This document shows, piece by piece, positions 35,652-46,184 of a stretch of 64,000 nt of DNA. The position numbers were made by a program, and so were the translations under genes. Source of the DNA: Chitinophagaceae bacterium (GTDB lineage: Bacteria; Bacteroidota; Bacteroidia; Chitinophagales; Chitinophagaceae); NCBI GenBank assembly GCA_016720585.1, contig JADKKH010000006.1, forward strand, positions 197,379 to 261,378. The letters run 5' to 3'. The notes under the pieces were generated by a model that was not told the DNA's origin, did not search any database, and was given only the letters and a program-made list of their open reading frames with translations. How positions within the stretch are numbered: position 1 is the stretch's first letter; each line of letters opens with the position of its first letter.

Positions 35652-36899
35652 TTAATACTCAAATTTCCTCAACCCCGGGGCTTTGAACCAGGTAATGATC
35701 ACAACAAGCAAGGTCATGCAGCCTCCGAAGATAACCGAAGGAACAGTGCCCATGGCCGTAGCTGCCACACCACTTTCAAACTGGCCCAGCTCATTGGAAG
35801 AATTGATGAATATGGAGTTTACACTGGATACCCGGCCCCGCATTTCATCGGGGACAAATAACTGTACCACCGTGCCCCGGATAATTACACTCACCCCATC
35901 AAACAAGCCGCTGGCAAATAAGGCTGCAAAGCTGAGCCAGAAATTTTTTGAAATAGCAAAAACTAAAATACAAAGACCAAAACCGGCAACTACATATAAT
36001 AATATCTTGCCCTGTTTCGCTATTAACGGGTGAGAAGTAAGCCAGGCAATGGCCACAAAATTTCCGAGGTATGTTGCAGCTACTAACCAACCAAGCCCCT
36101 GCGGGCCTACATGTAGAATATCATTGGCGAATGCCGGTAACAAAGCCACGGCCCCGCCAAACAACACAGCAAACATATCAAGACTCATAGCTCCGAACAA
36201 GGCTTTTTGTTTGAGTACAAAACGTAATCCTTCTTTCACACTGTCCCAGGTTTTAGTATTACCGGGTTGCCAGCTTACCGGTTTGGGTTTTATTTTTTGA
36301 AATATAAAAAAGGAAATACCTACCAGCACACAAACCGGAATAAAGGCAATGGTAATATTGGTATAGCCCATCAGCACACCTGCAACAGCCGGGCCCGTTA
36401 CCGCCGCGATCAGCCAGATCATACTATTGACCGAGACGGCTTTTACCAATAATGCACCCGGAACTAACTGGGCAAGAAAGGAATTAAAAGCAGCGCCCGC
36501 AAAAGCCCTGACAGCTCCAGTGCAAAAAACAAGGGCATAGATACACCATTCGGAAATTTTAGTTGATGTATTTAGTTGCATCCAATGCGATGTAACGACC
36601 AGCAAACCTGCCATCAGGAAAAAATAGATTCCCATACAGGTGCTGAGGAGTTTGTGCTTATTGCTTTTATCCACTTTTACGCCTGCAGGCAAGGCAAAGG
36701 CGATCGCAGGGATCACTTCGGCCAATCCTAAAATACCCAGGGCCAGTTTGCTGCCGGTGATTTCATAAAGGCGCCAACCCAGTAAGACCGGGGTCATCCG
36801 TAACCCGGAAATAAAAAGGATCCGGGCCATGATGAACCAGGAAAATTCTTTATTGATGACGGTAGCGAAAATATTTTTTATTGAAAACCGTTTACTCAT
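35652..36899 (-). CDS. MFS transporter
   Basis: 415 aa, about 12 TM segments, with the general MFS pattern. It overlaps the downstream dNK gene by 4 nt (ATGA), suggesting an operon. Confidence 0.8.
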   Translation of the reverse strand: MSKRFSIKNIFATVINKEFSWFIMARILFISGLRMTPVLLGWRLYEITGSKLALGILGLAEVIPAIAFALPAGVKVDKSNKHKLLSTCMGIYFFLMAGLLVVTSHWMQLNTSTKISEWCIYALVFCTGAVRAFAGAAFNSFLAQLVPGALLVKAVSVNSMIWLIAAVTGPAVAGVLMGYTNITIAFIPVCVLVGISFFIFQKIKPKPVSWQPGNTKTWDSVKEGLRFVLKQKALFGAMSLDMFAVLFGGAVALLPAFANDILHVGPQGLGWLVAATYLGNFVAIAWLTSHPLIAKQGKILLYVVAGFGLCILVFAISKNFWLSFAALFASGLFDGVSVIIRGTVVQLFVPDEMRGRVSSVNSIFINSSNELGQFESGVAATAMGTVPSVIFGGCMTLLVVIITWFKAPGLRKFEY

Positions 36900-37528
36900 G
36901 GAAGTGTAAGATAGTGTTGTCCGTCTTCATAATCTTTTTCCAATGCGTCAAGTATTATTTGTAAATGTTTTTCATTGCCCAGGAAATCAGCATGGCTGGC
37001 ATCTACAAAAAGTGTTTTGATATTATGTTGTTTAATATAATGCGTATAGGTTTCCTGGATACTGAATAAATAATCATCCGAAATATTTTGTTCGTAGGAG
37101 CGGTTGCGTTTTTTTATGTTGGCCTGCAGTTTAGTGACTGGTGCATGGAGGTAAATAAGAATATCCGGTTTGGTCAGTTGCTGGGTGATGATATCAAATA
37201 ACCGCTGGTACAAACGGAATTCATCATCAGGCAGGGTGACTTTGGCAAACAGCAGGCATTTTGTAAACAGGTAATCCGAAATGGTCAGATTCTGGAACAT
37301 ATCCTTTTGTTGCAAAAATTCTTTTTGTTGTTTAAATCGTTCGGCCATAAAGAATAGTTCCAGCGGAAAAGCGTATTGACCGGGATTTTCATAAAACTTC
37401 GGAAGAAAAGGGTTGTCCGCAAATTCTTCCAGTATCAATCGGGCATTGTACTGTTTGGATAGTAAATGAGCCAGCGTTGTTTTCCCGGCACCGATGTTCC
37501 CTTCTATGGTGATGAAATTATAAGTCAT
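36896..37528 (-). CDS. deoxynucleoside kinase
   Basis: P-loop IEGNIGAGKTTL, then ILEEFADNPFLPKFY and ERS-like regions typical of the dNK/dGK family. Confidence 0.85.
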   Translation of the reverse strand: MTYNFITIEGNIGAGKTTLAHLLSKQYNARLILEEFADNPFLPKFYENPGQYAFPLELFFMAERFKQQKEFLQQKDMFQNLTISDYLFTKCLLFAKVTLPDDEFRLYQRLFDIITQQLTKPDILIYLHAPVTKLQANIKKRNRSYEQNISDDYLFSIQETYTHYIKQHNIKTLFVDASHADFLGNEKHLQIILDALEKDYEDGQHYLTLP

Positions 37529-37638
37529 TTAGGGTTAAAAAGAGAAAAATCAATGATGAATGAATAGACTTGATTAGAGATTGCAAAATACTGTAATTGC
37601 CAGGGCTTAAAATTATTCCTTGAAGATTGTGGAAAAAA

Positions 37639-38121
37639 TCAGGAATACTTTTTTACTTCCAGCATATCCGTACAAGCTTCCAGCAGTTCGGCAATGGTTT
37701 TTTTCAATATAGGGTGTACCAGTTCCGGAGCGATTTCAGCCATGGGGAGCAGTGCAAACCGGCGGTTTTGCATTTCCGGGTGTGGCAGCTTCAACAAAGC
37801 GTAGTTATGGATTTCATCATTGAAAAGCAGTATATCAATATCAATAAGGCGTGGGCCGTATTTTTCTTTCCGCACCCGTCCCATAAGTTTTTCCACTTTC
37901 AAAATATGCCGCATAAGTTGCCGGGCATTCCGGGAAGTAGAAATTTCAATGGCCTGGTTTAAAAATGGGGGTTGGTCCGTATTTCCCCAGGCAGCTGTTT
38001 CATATAAAGAAGAAACCCGGAGGATGGTACCACATTGTTCGCGGATAAATGTTCTTGCTGTTGCAAGATAGTGTTCCCTGTCACCAAGATTGCCGCCAGT
38101 AAGTAGGTATGCCCGGTTCAT
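37639..38121 (-). CDS. folK: 2-amino-4-hydroxy-6-hydroxymethyldihydropteridine diphosphokinase
   Basis: Start at MNRAYLLTGGNLGD (cat 38119-38121). Motifs YETAAWG, GPRLIDIDILL, LPHPEMQNRRFAL. Confidence 0.85.
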   Translation of the reverse strand: MNRAYLLTGGNLGDREHYLATARTFIREQCGTILRVSSLYETAAWGNTDQPPFLNQAIEISTSRNARQLMRHILKVEKLMGRVRKEKYGPRLIDIDILLFNDEIHNYALLKLPHPEMQNRRFALLPMAEIAPELVHPILKKTIAELLEACTDMLEVKKYS

Positions 38122-38268
38122 AAAGAATTCAAATATCTTTATTTTAAGGGGCATTTTAGAATTTTGAATAAAATAGGAGAGGGTATACCGCACACCGCTT
38201 TTGGAAGCAACCCGGTAATAAGATGGATGGAATAAATTTCGGGAGGAGGCTTACATTTGTCCTTTATC

Positions 38269-39396
38269 ATGAAATTAGTCAAACAACCTTACAGCCAGTC
38301 AAAAGCGCTTTTGGCCATAACGAAAGCCAGTTTCAAAGCCATATTTTCAAATCCCAGTGCCATTATATTCAGTATACTTTTCCCGATCATTTTCATTTTG
38401 ATATTTGGTTCATTTGGTAATGGCGGCGGAGTTACATACCGGATCGCATTGTCGCCTGACAGCGATACGACAAGTGATTTTTACCAGGGACTGAAAAGAG
38501 CCAATGTTATCCGGATTGTAGAATATCCGGATTCCGTATCATTGAACAAGGATCTTCAAAAAGGGAAACTGACGGCTGTTATCAGCATTATTACTGTTTC
38601 GGATTCAACGCTACAACCTTCGACTACCATACGCGTCAGATCCACAACAGCCAGTGCCAATTCCATGGGTTCTTTTATGCCGGTCCTCGATTATTTACGT
38701 TTACTGATTGAATCCTCCCAGGCCGGAGCAGATGCTGCCGCTGGCGGTAGTATTACTATTGAAGATCCGGTGGTGGCTGAAGTTCGGCCCTACCGTCAGA
38801 TAGATTTTATCCTCCCCGGTCAGTTGGGTTTTTCTATATTATTCTCAACCTTATTTGGTATCGCTTTTACCTTTTTCGGGCTGAGGGAACAATTGGTGCT
38901 GAAACGCTTTTATGCAACACCCGTCAACCGGCTCAATATATTATTGGGTATCGGCATGAGCCGCCTGTTTTTCCAGTTGATAAATATCGTGGTGCTGGTA
39001 CTGTTTGGATATTTCTTCCTCAATTTCACCTTGCAGCATGGCGTATTCACTTTTATAGATATACTGGTGATGACTGTCATCATGCTTTTCCTGCTGATGG
39101 GGGTAGGACTTATTTTCAGCAGTATTGCAAAAAGCGATACATCCATACCCTTGCTGATAAATCTTTTTGGATTTCCGCAGATGATGTTGTCGGGAACTTT
39201 CTTTCCGATAGAAGTTTTTCCCAAATGGCTGCAGGGGATATGCCGGATACTGCCGTTGACACAGTTTAACGACAGCATCCGCAAAATTTCTTTTGAAGGA
39301 TTAAGTATTCTGGATTGCTGGAAAGAGATCGGCATACTCGGAATATGGATGGTCGTAATTTATTTAATAGCAGCAAGAGTCATTAAATGGGAGTAA
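38269..39396 (+). CDS. ABC-2 type transporter permease
   Basis: ATG at 38269. One N-terminal TM, a large loop, then 5 C-terminal TM segments, which is the ABC-2/YhhJ-like topology. No ATPase gene lies adjacent. Confidence 0.65.
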   Translation: MKLVKQPYSQSKALLAITKASFKAIFSNPSAIIFSILFPIIFILIFGSFGNGGGVTYRIALSPDSDTTSDFYQGLKRANVIRIVEYPDSVSLNKDLQKGKLTAVISIITVSDSTLQPSTTIRVRSTTASANSMGSFMPVLDYLRLLIESSQAGADAAAGGSITIEDPVVAEVRPYRQIDFILPGQLGFSILFSTLFGIAFTFFGLREQLVLKRFYATPVNRLNILLGIGMSRLFFQLINIVVLVLFGYFFLNFTLQHGVFTFIDILVMTVIMLFLLMGVGLIFSSIAKSDTSIPLLINLFGFPQMMLSGTFFPIEVFPKWLQGICRILPLTQFNDSIRKISFEGLSILDCWKEIGILGIWMVVIYLIAARVIKWE

Positions 39397-39887
39397 TCAA
39401 ACTTGGATTTATCAGCCTGGTTGTATTTGCCCTGCTCATTACAGGCATTTCATTCTTTTTCCCTGCGCATATCCGTATTTCAAAAGCCATTGATATCAAT
39501 GCCAATAAGGACTCTGTGCTCAACCAGATAAAGAATGCAGCGCATTGGAAAAATTGGTATCCCGGCGCTGATACTATGGCTTTACTGGTAGAGGATGGCA
39601 AAGCAACGGGGTTGAAGCTGGACAGTTTGCGGGGAGCCATTCGTATTACAAATATTACCGACAGTTCGGTGACGGCAGCTATCGTTGGCCAGGGATTACG
39701 AAAAGCTATCACCGGATGGAACAGTTATCAATCTGCTGTACCCAATACAATAACGGTACAATGGTATATGGATTTTCATCTGCGCTGGTATCCCTGGGAA
39801 AAATTTTCCAGCCTGCTGTTTGAAAAACGTTATGGGCCCCTGATGGAAAAAGGGCTGGACAATCTGAAAAAAATGATGGAAAAATAA
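39387..39887 (+). CDS. hypothetical membrane-anchored protein, possibly SRPBCC (START/Bet v1-like) fold
   Basis: Overlaps the permease gene by 10 nt. It has an N-terminal TM helix, and the pattern I.ISKAIDINANKDSVLNQIKNAAHWKNWYPG resembles SRPBCC N-termini. Confidence 0.4.
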   Translation: MGVIKLGFISLVVFALLITGISFFFPAHIRISKAIDINANKDSVLNQIKNAAHWKNWYPGADTMALLVEDGKATGLKLDSLRGAIRITNITDSSVTAAIVGQGLRKAITGWNSYQSAVPNTITVQWYMDFHLRWYPWEKFSSLLFEKRYGPLMEKGLDNLKKMMEK

Positions 39888-39950
39888 GCCCTGCGCTTTT
39901 CTTTCATTGTATAACTTTATAACTCTATTAATTGAATTAAATATCCCGGT

Positions 39951-40820
39951 ATGAGAAAAATAGTTCTGCTCCTTTTAACTCTATTCAACTTTTCATGGGG
40001 GCATGCTCAACAGGATTCTGTTCTGTCTCAGCCAAAAAGCCTGGATGAAGAGGGCTTCGATTGTACGAAAGGATTTATTCAACGCCTGGAAAAACCAGTC
40101 GCCCCATCAAAAGTTTTTGTTGTGACGAAGAGCCTGAAAACGGTTAAGCTGCCCGCTTTTATGGCAACCATATATTCCCACAGCGGTGAATTTATTAATG
40201 CGCCTTCGACTGTTGAATTACCCAAATTGCAGGACTATGGTTTGATTGACCTCGATAAGGATGGCAAAAAAGAACTGGTTGTTATGAATTATACCGGTGG
40301 TGCCCATTGTTGTGATGAATTTTATTTTTTCAAAAACATTGGCCCCGACAAATACCAGTATGTCGCCAAAACATTTGCCGGCGATGTTTGTGTGTCGGAC
40401 AGTAATGAATTCAGTTATAGTTTTTACCAGCAATTGGGATATTTTTTTACGTGTTTCGCCTGTGCTTATGTTGATACCAGTGATGGGGCTCCGGTTGAGG
40501 TCCGGGGTATTATCCTGAAATACCAGAAAGGAAAGCTAACCGTTGTTCCCGGCGACCAGGAACTGAGGAGTATCATTAATGATAACCTGGGTAAACTGGG
40601 TGAGCAGCCTTATGAAAAACCGGATACTGCCTTTGGACAGGATAATGGATTGCGGAAAGAGTTTGCCATGAACCTGGCCGTTTTTCATTTTTCCTTTGGC
40701 CGGAACATACTGGAAACGCAAAAATTATTCAATAAGTACTATAAATTTCCGGATGCAAAAAAAGTGTGGGCGGAATTTGTTAAGCAATTACAATATATCC
40801 GGAAAGAGAGTGATTTTTAA
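39951..40820 (+). CDS. hypothetical secreted protein
   Basis: Signal peptide MRKIVLLLLTLFNFSWGHAQ and a DLDKDGKKELVVMNYTGGAHCCDEFYFF segment. No family recognised. Confidence 0.5.
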   Translation: MRKIVLLLLTLFNFSWGHAQQDSVLSQPKSLDEEGFDCTKGFIQRLEKPVAPSKVFVVTKSLKTVKLPAFMATIYSHSGEFINAPSTVELPKLQDYGLIDLDKDGKKELVVMNYTGGAHCCDEFYFFKNIGPDKYQYVAKTFAGDVCVSDSNEFSYSFYQQLGYFFTCFACAYVDTSDGAPVEVRGIILKYQKGKLTVVPGDQELRSIINDNLGKLGEQPYEKPDTAFGQDNGLRKEFAMNLAVFHFSFGRNILETQKLFNKYYKFPDAKKVWAEFVKQLQYIRKESDF

Positions 40821-41755
40821 TCCGTACCACTGATAAATTTCAGGTTGCGCTGAATGCCGCTGAATTTTGCCCGGCGCAACGGTGAATTTTTGAAAATTTT
40901 TCTAAAACTTTCTTCGGTCATTATTTCCCATTCTCTGGTGGAGTAGTTTAATAATTCAGGAACGGGCGTAAAACGTTTTTCCTGGTTCGGATGACTGAAC
41001 CGGTTCCAGGGGCATACATCCTGGCAGGTATCACAACCGAACATCCAGTTGTCCATTTTCCCTTTCATTTCTCCCGGTATCAGCATTTCTTTTAATTCAA
41101 TGGTGAAATAAGAAATGCACCTGCTGCCATCAACTACTTTGTCCGGTAAGATGGCATCGGTGGGGCAGGCATCGATACAGCGGGTACAGGTACCGCAATA
41201 ATCTTTTGCAAATGGATCATCATAATCTAATTCCAGATCGGTGATCAGTGTGGCGATAAAATAAAAAGATCCGCTTTCTTTAGTGATCAGGTTCCCGTTT
41301 TTGCCAATCCAGCCCAGACCGCTTCGCTGTGCCCAGGTTCTTTCCAGTACCGGGGCGCTGTCCACAAAACCACGGCCCTGTATTTCACCGGCATATTCTT
41401 TTATGGACAGCATTAATTCGTTCAACTGCTCCCGGATCACTTCATGATAATCATCTCCGTAAGCATAAGCTGAAATTTTGGGATTTCCGGGATCTTGTTT
41501 TTGTGAAGGAAAATAATTCTTTAGTAAAGTGATAACGGATCTGGCACCCGGCACCAGCCTGGATGGATCGATCCGGAGCTCAAAATATTTTTCCATGTAT
41601 TCCATGCTGCCGTGCATCCCTTTTTGCAGCCATTGTTCCAGCCGGTTTGCATCCGCATCCAGCTTTTGCGAACGGGCGATACCGCAGTAATCAAAACCCA
41701 GCCGTGCAGAAGTATTTTTAATAAAGGCGGAGTTTTCTTGTAACTTATTCACCAT
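40817..41755 (-). CDS. queG: tRNA epoxyqueuosine(34) reductase
   Basis: 312 aa. 4Fe-4S motifs CGTCTRCIDACPT and CDTCQDVCPWN, with overall QueG layout. Confidence 0.9.
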   Translation of the reverse strand: MVNKLQENSAFIKNTSARLGFDYCGIARSQKLDADANRLEQWLQKGMHGSMEYMEKYFELRIDPSRLVPGARSVITLLKNYFPSQKQDPGNPKISAYAYGDDYHEVIREQLNELMLSIKEYAGEIQGRGFVDSAPVLERTWAQRSGLGWIGKNGNLITKESGSFYFIATLITDLELDYDDPFAKDYCGTCTRCIDACPTDAILPDKVVDGSRCISYFTIELKEMLIPGEMKGKMDNWMFGCDTCQDVCPWNRFSHPNQEKRFTPVPELLNYSTREWEIMTEESFRKIFKNSPLRRAKFSGIQRNLKFISGTD

Positions 41756-41867
41756 CAGCTATTAGCTTTTAAGGGAGCAGTGCTTTATTTAAAATTAATT
41801 GTTCAGGGGTTGATATTTTTTTGTAAAATTGAATACCGGTTTCTTTTTTCACCACACAACTATCTGC

Positions 41868-43882
41868 ATGAAACGTAAACCACTTTTTTGCCTGGGTTTT
41901 ATCCTGCTGCTTGTTTTACAAGATTACGGGCAGGATAAAGTAAACATAAAATTTGGTAATATATCCGAAAAGGATTTTGCTACAAAGATTTATACGATCG
42001 ACAGCAATGCCAACGCAATTGTATTAGCTGATATTGGCTCAAGTGCGATTGAAGGTAATACCAAAGGATGGTTCTCCCTGGTCTATAAACATTTTAAAAG
42101 AATACATATTCTGAACAAGAACGGCTATGATATTGCCGACGTGTCTATCCGTTTATATTCTGAGGGGGAGGATGAAGAAAAATTGGATAAACTCAGGGCC
42201 GTTACCTATAATCTTGAAAATGGCAAAGTGGTGGAAACAAAACTCGACGTAAAGAGCAATGTTTTTAAGGATAAGATCGACAAAAACAGGGTAGTTAAAA
42301 AATTCACATTCCCCAATGTGAAAGAAGGATCCATCATAGAATTTGAATATACGCTTGTTTCTGATTTCCTGAACAATCTTCAGCCCTGGGAATTCCAGGG
42401 CGCTTATCCCCGTTTGTGGAGTGAATACAATCTTTCTCTTCCGGAGTTTCTCGGATATTTTTTTATCACACAGGGGTATAAAAAATATGACATCAATGAA
42501 AAAAATTTTCGGACCGAATCCTTCCGGGTAGTGGATAGCCGGGGAGCCGGTGCTTCTGAAAACTTTAATTTTGATGCAGAGGTCACGGATTATCGTTGGG
42601 TTACCAAAGAGGTTCCCGCATTGAAAGAAGAGAGCTATACTTCCACGCTGGATAATCATATAACCAAGATTGAATTTCAATTATCCGAATTCAGGAGACC
42701 CCTTACCTATCGTAGCCTGCTGGGTACCTGGGCAAAAGTGGCCAGCGATTTGCTGAATGCCGATTATTTCGGGCAACAACTTACAAAGGATAACGGGTGG
42801 TTAAAGGATATAATCAAGCCGGTACTCAACGGGGTTGACACTAAAATGGAAAAAGCCAGGAAAATTTTTGAATATGTACGGGATAATTTCACCTGCACCA
42901 ATTATAACAGGCGGACTATGGATCAAACACTCCGCAACATAGTGAAAACACGGAATGGGAGTGTAGCGGAAATCAATCTGCTCCTTACAGCCATGCTGAA
43001 GTTTGCGGATATTGATGCAGACCCGGTCATGCTCAGTACCCGTTCAAACGGGTATACTTTCTCTACCATCTACACCATCACCAGCAAGTTCAATTATGTG
43101 ATCAGCAAAGCAGATATTGATGGCAAAACCTATTACCTGGATGCCAGCGAACCGCGGATAGGCTTTGGCTTTTGCCGTTGCGATGCTATAATGGCGCCGC
43201 AAGGATCATTAATAAGACAGGCGATCACGTAGAATTAAATAGTGAATCGGTTACAGAGCGGAAAATCACCAGTGTTTTTATTATCAATGATGAAAAAGGG
43301 AAACTGGTCGGTAGCTTACAGCAAATGCCCGGTAATTATGAATCGTATGATATCAGGAACCGGATTAAGGAAAAAGGAAAAGAGGAATTGCAAAAAGGGA
43401 TTCAGAAAGGCTTTGGCGCTGAAATAACGATTACGGCTTTAACTATTGATTCGCTGGACCAATACGATCATGAACTGAACATAAAATATGATTTTGATTT
43501 TAACAATGAAAAGGAGGATATCATCTACCTGAACCCGATGTTCAGTGAAGGGCAAAAAGAAAACCTGTTCAAATCAGCAGAACGGGTTTACCCGGTTGAA
43601 ATGCCTTTTGCAATTGATGAAACCTACAACCTGCAGATGGAAGTTCCCGTGGGATATGAGGTGGATGAGCTGCCCCAATCGCTCATAGTAAAAATGAACG
43701 AGCAGAACGATGGCATGTTTGAATACCGTATTTCAAAGTCGGGGGACAATATTTCATTCCGTTCCCATATCTGGATCAGGCGTACTTATTTTTTACCCGA
43801 TGAATATGAGATGCTGCGGGAATTTTTTAACCTGATTGTAAAAAAGCATGCCGAACAGATCGTATTTAAAAAGAAAAAATAA
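41868..43882 (+). pseudogene. DUF3857 / inactive transglutaminase-like exported protein, split by one frameshift at a T4 run
   Basis: Signal peptide MKRKPLFCLGFILLLVL. ORFs 41829..43232 and 43172..43882 join as ..EPRIGFGF|LPLRCYNGAARII.. if one T is added at 43170-43173. Confidence 0.75.
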
Positions 43883-43885
43883 TTC

Positions 43886-45809
43886 ATGCAAAAAAGGGCA
43901 TTCGGTTTACTACTCTTATTATTCCCGCTGCAACTGTGGGCCGGCGGGGGGGGAGTATGCTGTGTCAAAAATAGCACCTGAATTATTAAGAAATGCCAAT
44001 ATTGTTATACGGTTTGAAGAGGAACATATAGTGCTTCAATCCCTGGACAAAGTCCTGATCAAACATCATTATGTAATTACAATTCTTAATGACGAAGGCG
44101 CAAGATTTGCCCGGTTGGTCGAATCATACGATAATTTCCAGGAGATAAAATCAATAGATGGTATTCTATATGATGCTTATGGAATTAAACTTAAATCATT
44201 AAAAAGCAAAGATGTGGAGGATTTGAGTGGTTCAGGAGGTAGCAACCTGGCTGATGATTCCCGCTTTAAAGTACATGATTTTTATTATAAAATATACCCG
44301 TATACCGTTGAATACAACATTGAGACAGTAAAAAGGGAGACTATGTTTTTCCCATCCTGGGTCCCGGTATGGGATGAAAATATTTCGGTTGAAAAAAGCA
44401 GGTTTTCTATAAGTGTTCCCAAAGATTATCTGGTAAGATTTAAACAGATCAATTATAAGAACGCCGCTTCAATAACTGAAATTGAGGATAAAAGAATATA
44501 TAACTGGGAGCTAACTAACTATGAAGCTGTTGTTAAAGAATATGCCTATCCGGGCTGGGCTGAAATTACCCCAACGATCCTGCTTGCCCCATCCAATTTC
44601 GTGATTGAAGATTATACAGGAAACATGACTGATTGGAAAGAGTTGGGTAAATTTCAAATTAACTTAAACAGGGGCAGGGATGTTTTGCCAGATGCCATTA
44701 AGAAGAAAGTGGCTGAGCTTACCCGGAATATTAACTCAGTACCAGAGAAAATAAGGATTCTTTATAATTTTTTACAATCTAATACGCATTATATCAGCAT
44801 ACAATTGGGTATCGGCGGATGGAGACCTTTTGAAGCTTCTTTTGTTGCCTTAAAAGCATATGGTGATTGTAAAGCCCTGTCAAATTATATGTTTTCTTTA
44901 TTAAAGGAGGCTGGAATTGTATCTTATTATACCCTGATCAAAGCGGGTGACGGTGCAGCTGATCTCGTTACGGATTTTCCATCCCGGCAGTTTAATCATG
45001 CTATAGTATGTGTTCCGGTTGAAAAAGATACCATCTGGCTTGAATGTACCAGTCAAAACAAAGCTGCCGGGTATATGGGTGGTTTTACGGGCAACCGGCA
45101 TGCCCTGCTGATAACAGAAGAGGGAGGTAAATTAGTGACTACTCCTTTTTATAAACTGAATGATAATGTTCAGATAAGGAATATTCAGGCTTTACTTGAT
45201 ATCGAAGCAACATTAAAAGTGCATGTTAAATCTTCCTATAAAGCGATGCAGCAGGATGATCTGCAAATGATGATTAACGGGTTATCAAAAGATAAAGTAA
45301 AAGAGTCATTACATGAACAACTGGATTTTGCAACTTACGAGATCAACAACTTTGAGTATAAAGAAGAAAAATCAGCAATGCCTGTTATTGAAGAGTCTCT
45401 TGAAATTACCGTAAGTAATTATGCGACGATTACCGGTAAGCGTCTTTTTGTCAATCCGAATATTATGACCAGAGCCAACAGGAGACTACAGACAGATACA
45501 ACACGAAAGTATGAATTAGAATTCAGGTATGAATATAGAGATATTGATACGGCGGAGATAGAACTTCCGATTGGATATGAACCTGAATCAATGCCTAAAG
45601 ATATTTCTATCAGGAACAAATTTGGCAGGTATCAGTGTTCGGTAATGTTGCTGGCCAACAAATTGATTTACTGCCGACTTTATGAACAATACAGCGGCAG
45701 AATTCCAGCTACAGAATATCCTGACCTGGTCGGGTTCTACGATGCTGTATATAAGGCTGACCGCAGCAAAGTGGTACTGGTGAAAAAGGAAAGCACTAAG
45801 GGTTTTTAG
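43886..45809 (+). pseudogene. DUF3857 + transglutaminase-core exported protein, signal peptide out of frame with the body at a G8 tract
   Basis: ATG 43886 encodes MQKRAFGLLLLLFPLQLWAGG. The G8 run at 43946-43953 leads into TGA at 43979-43981. The body EYAVSKIAPE.. to 45809 is open in the adjacent frame and carries GDCKALSNYM and FNHAIV (Cys/His of the transglutaminase core). Confidence 0.75.
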
Positions 45810-45828
45810 TCTGAATAAAATTTCTATA

Positions 45829-46170
45829 TTATTCAGCTTCGAGGTGCAACCGGTGAAAAAGCCGGTGAATGGCGGGAGAAAGAATGATCCCGAAATTGGT
45901 AATAAATATCACGCCACTGAACAAGGCATAGGCTGAGGAAAAGTATTTGCCGGAAGCTGTTTTTATTTCTATCACAGGTCCCATGCCGCTTAATATCATC
46001 GCAGCATTATGTATGGAATCTATCCAGGAGGCTTCAGCCCAAAAATGATAACCTGTTACTCCGATTACCAGGCAAATTAACATGATGATCAGGGAGATAA
46101 TAATATTTTTTAAAATCCGCTGGTAAAAAGTGGCTGTTGACGCCAGGGGTTGTTTACGATGCTCATACAT
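45829..46170 (-). CDS. small two-TM pore-loop protein (K+ channel-like, non-canonical filter)
   Basis: 113 aa laid out as TM1 IIISLIIMLICLVIGVTGY, a pore-helix-like SWIDSIHNAAMIL, a filter position SGMGP (versus canonical TVGYG), and TM2 YFSSAYALFSGVIFITNFGIIL. Confidence 0.45.
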   Translation of the reverse strand: MYEHRKQPLASTATFYQRILKNIIISLIIMLICLVIGVTGYHFWAEASWIDSIHNAAMILSGMGPVIEIKTASGKYFSSAYALFSGVIFITNFGIILSPAIHRLFHRLHLEAE

Positions 46171-46184
46171 ACAATAATCATTTA

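Noticed and set aside
35439-35861. ORFs 35439..35630 and 35640..35861
   Set aside because: The first lies in a repeat-structured non-coding leader and has no protein-like features. The second is antisense to the 3' end of the MFS gene.
43161-43180. Programmed ribosomal frameshift joining the two halves of the first DUF3857 gene
   Set aside because: There is no slippery heptamer of the X XXY YYZ type and no downstream stem-loop or pseudoknot. The break is a plain T4 versus T5 homopolymer difference.
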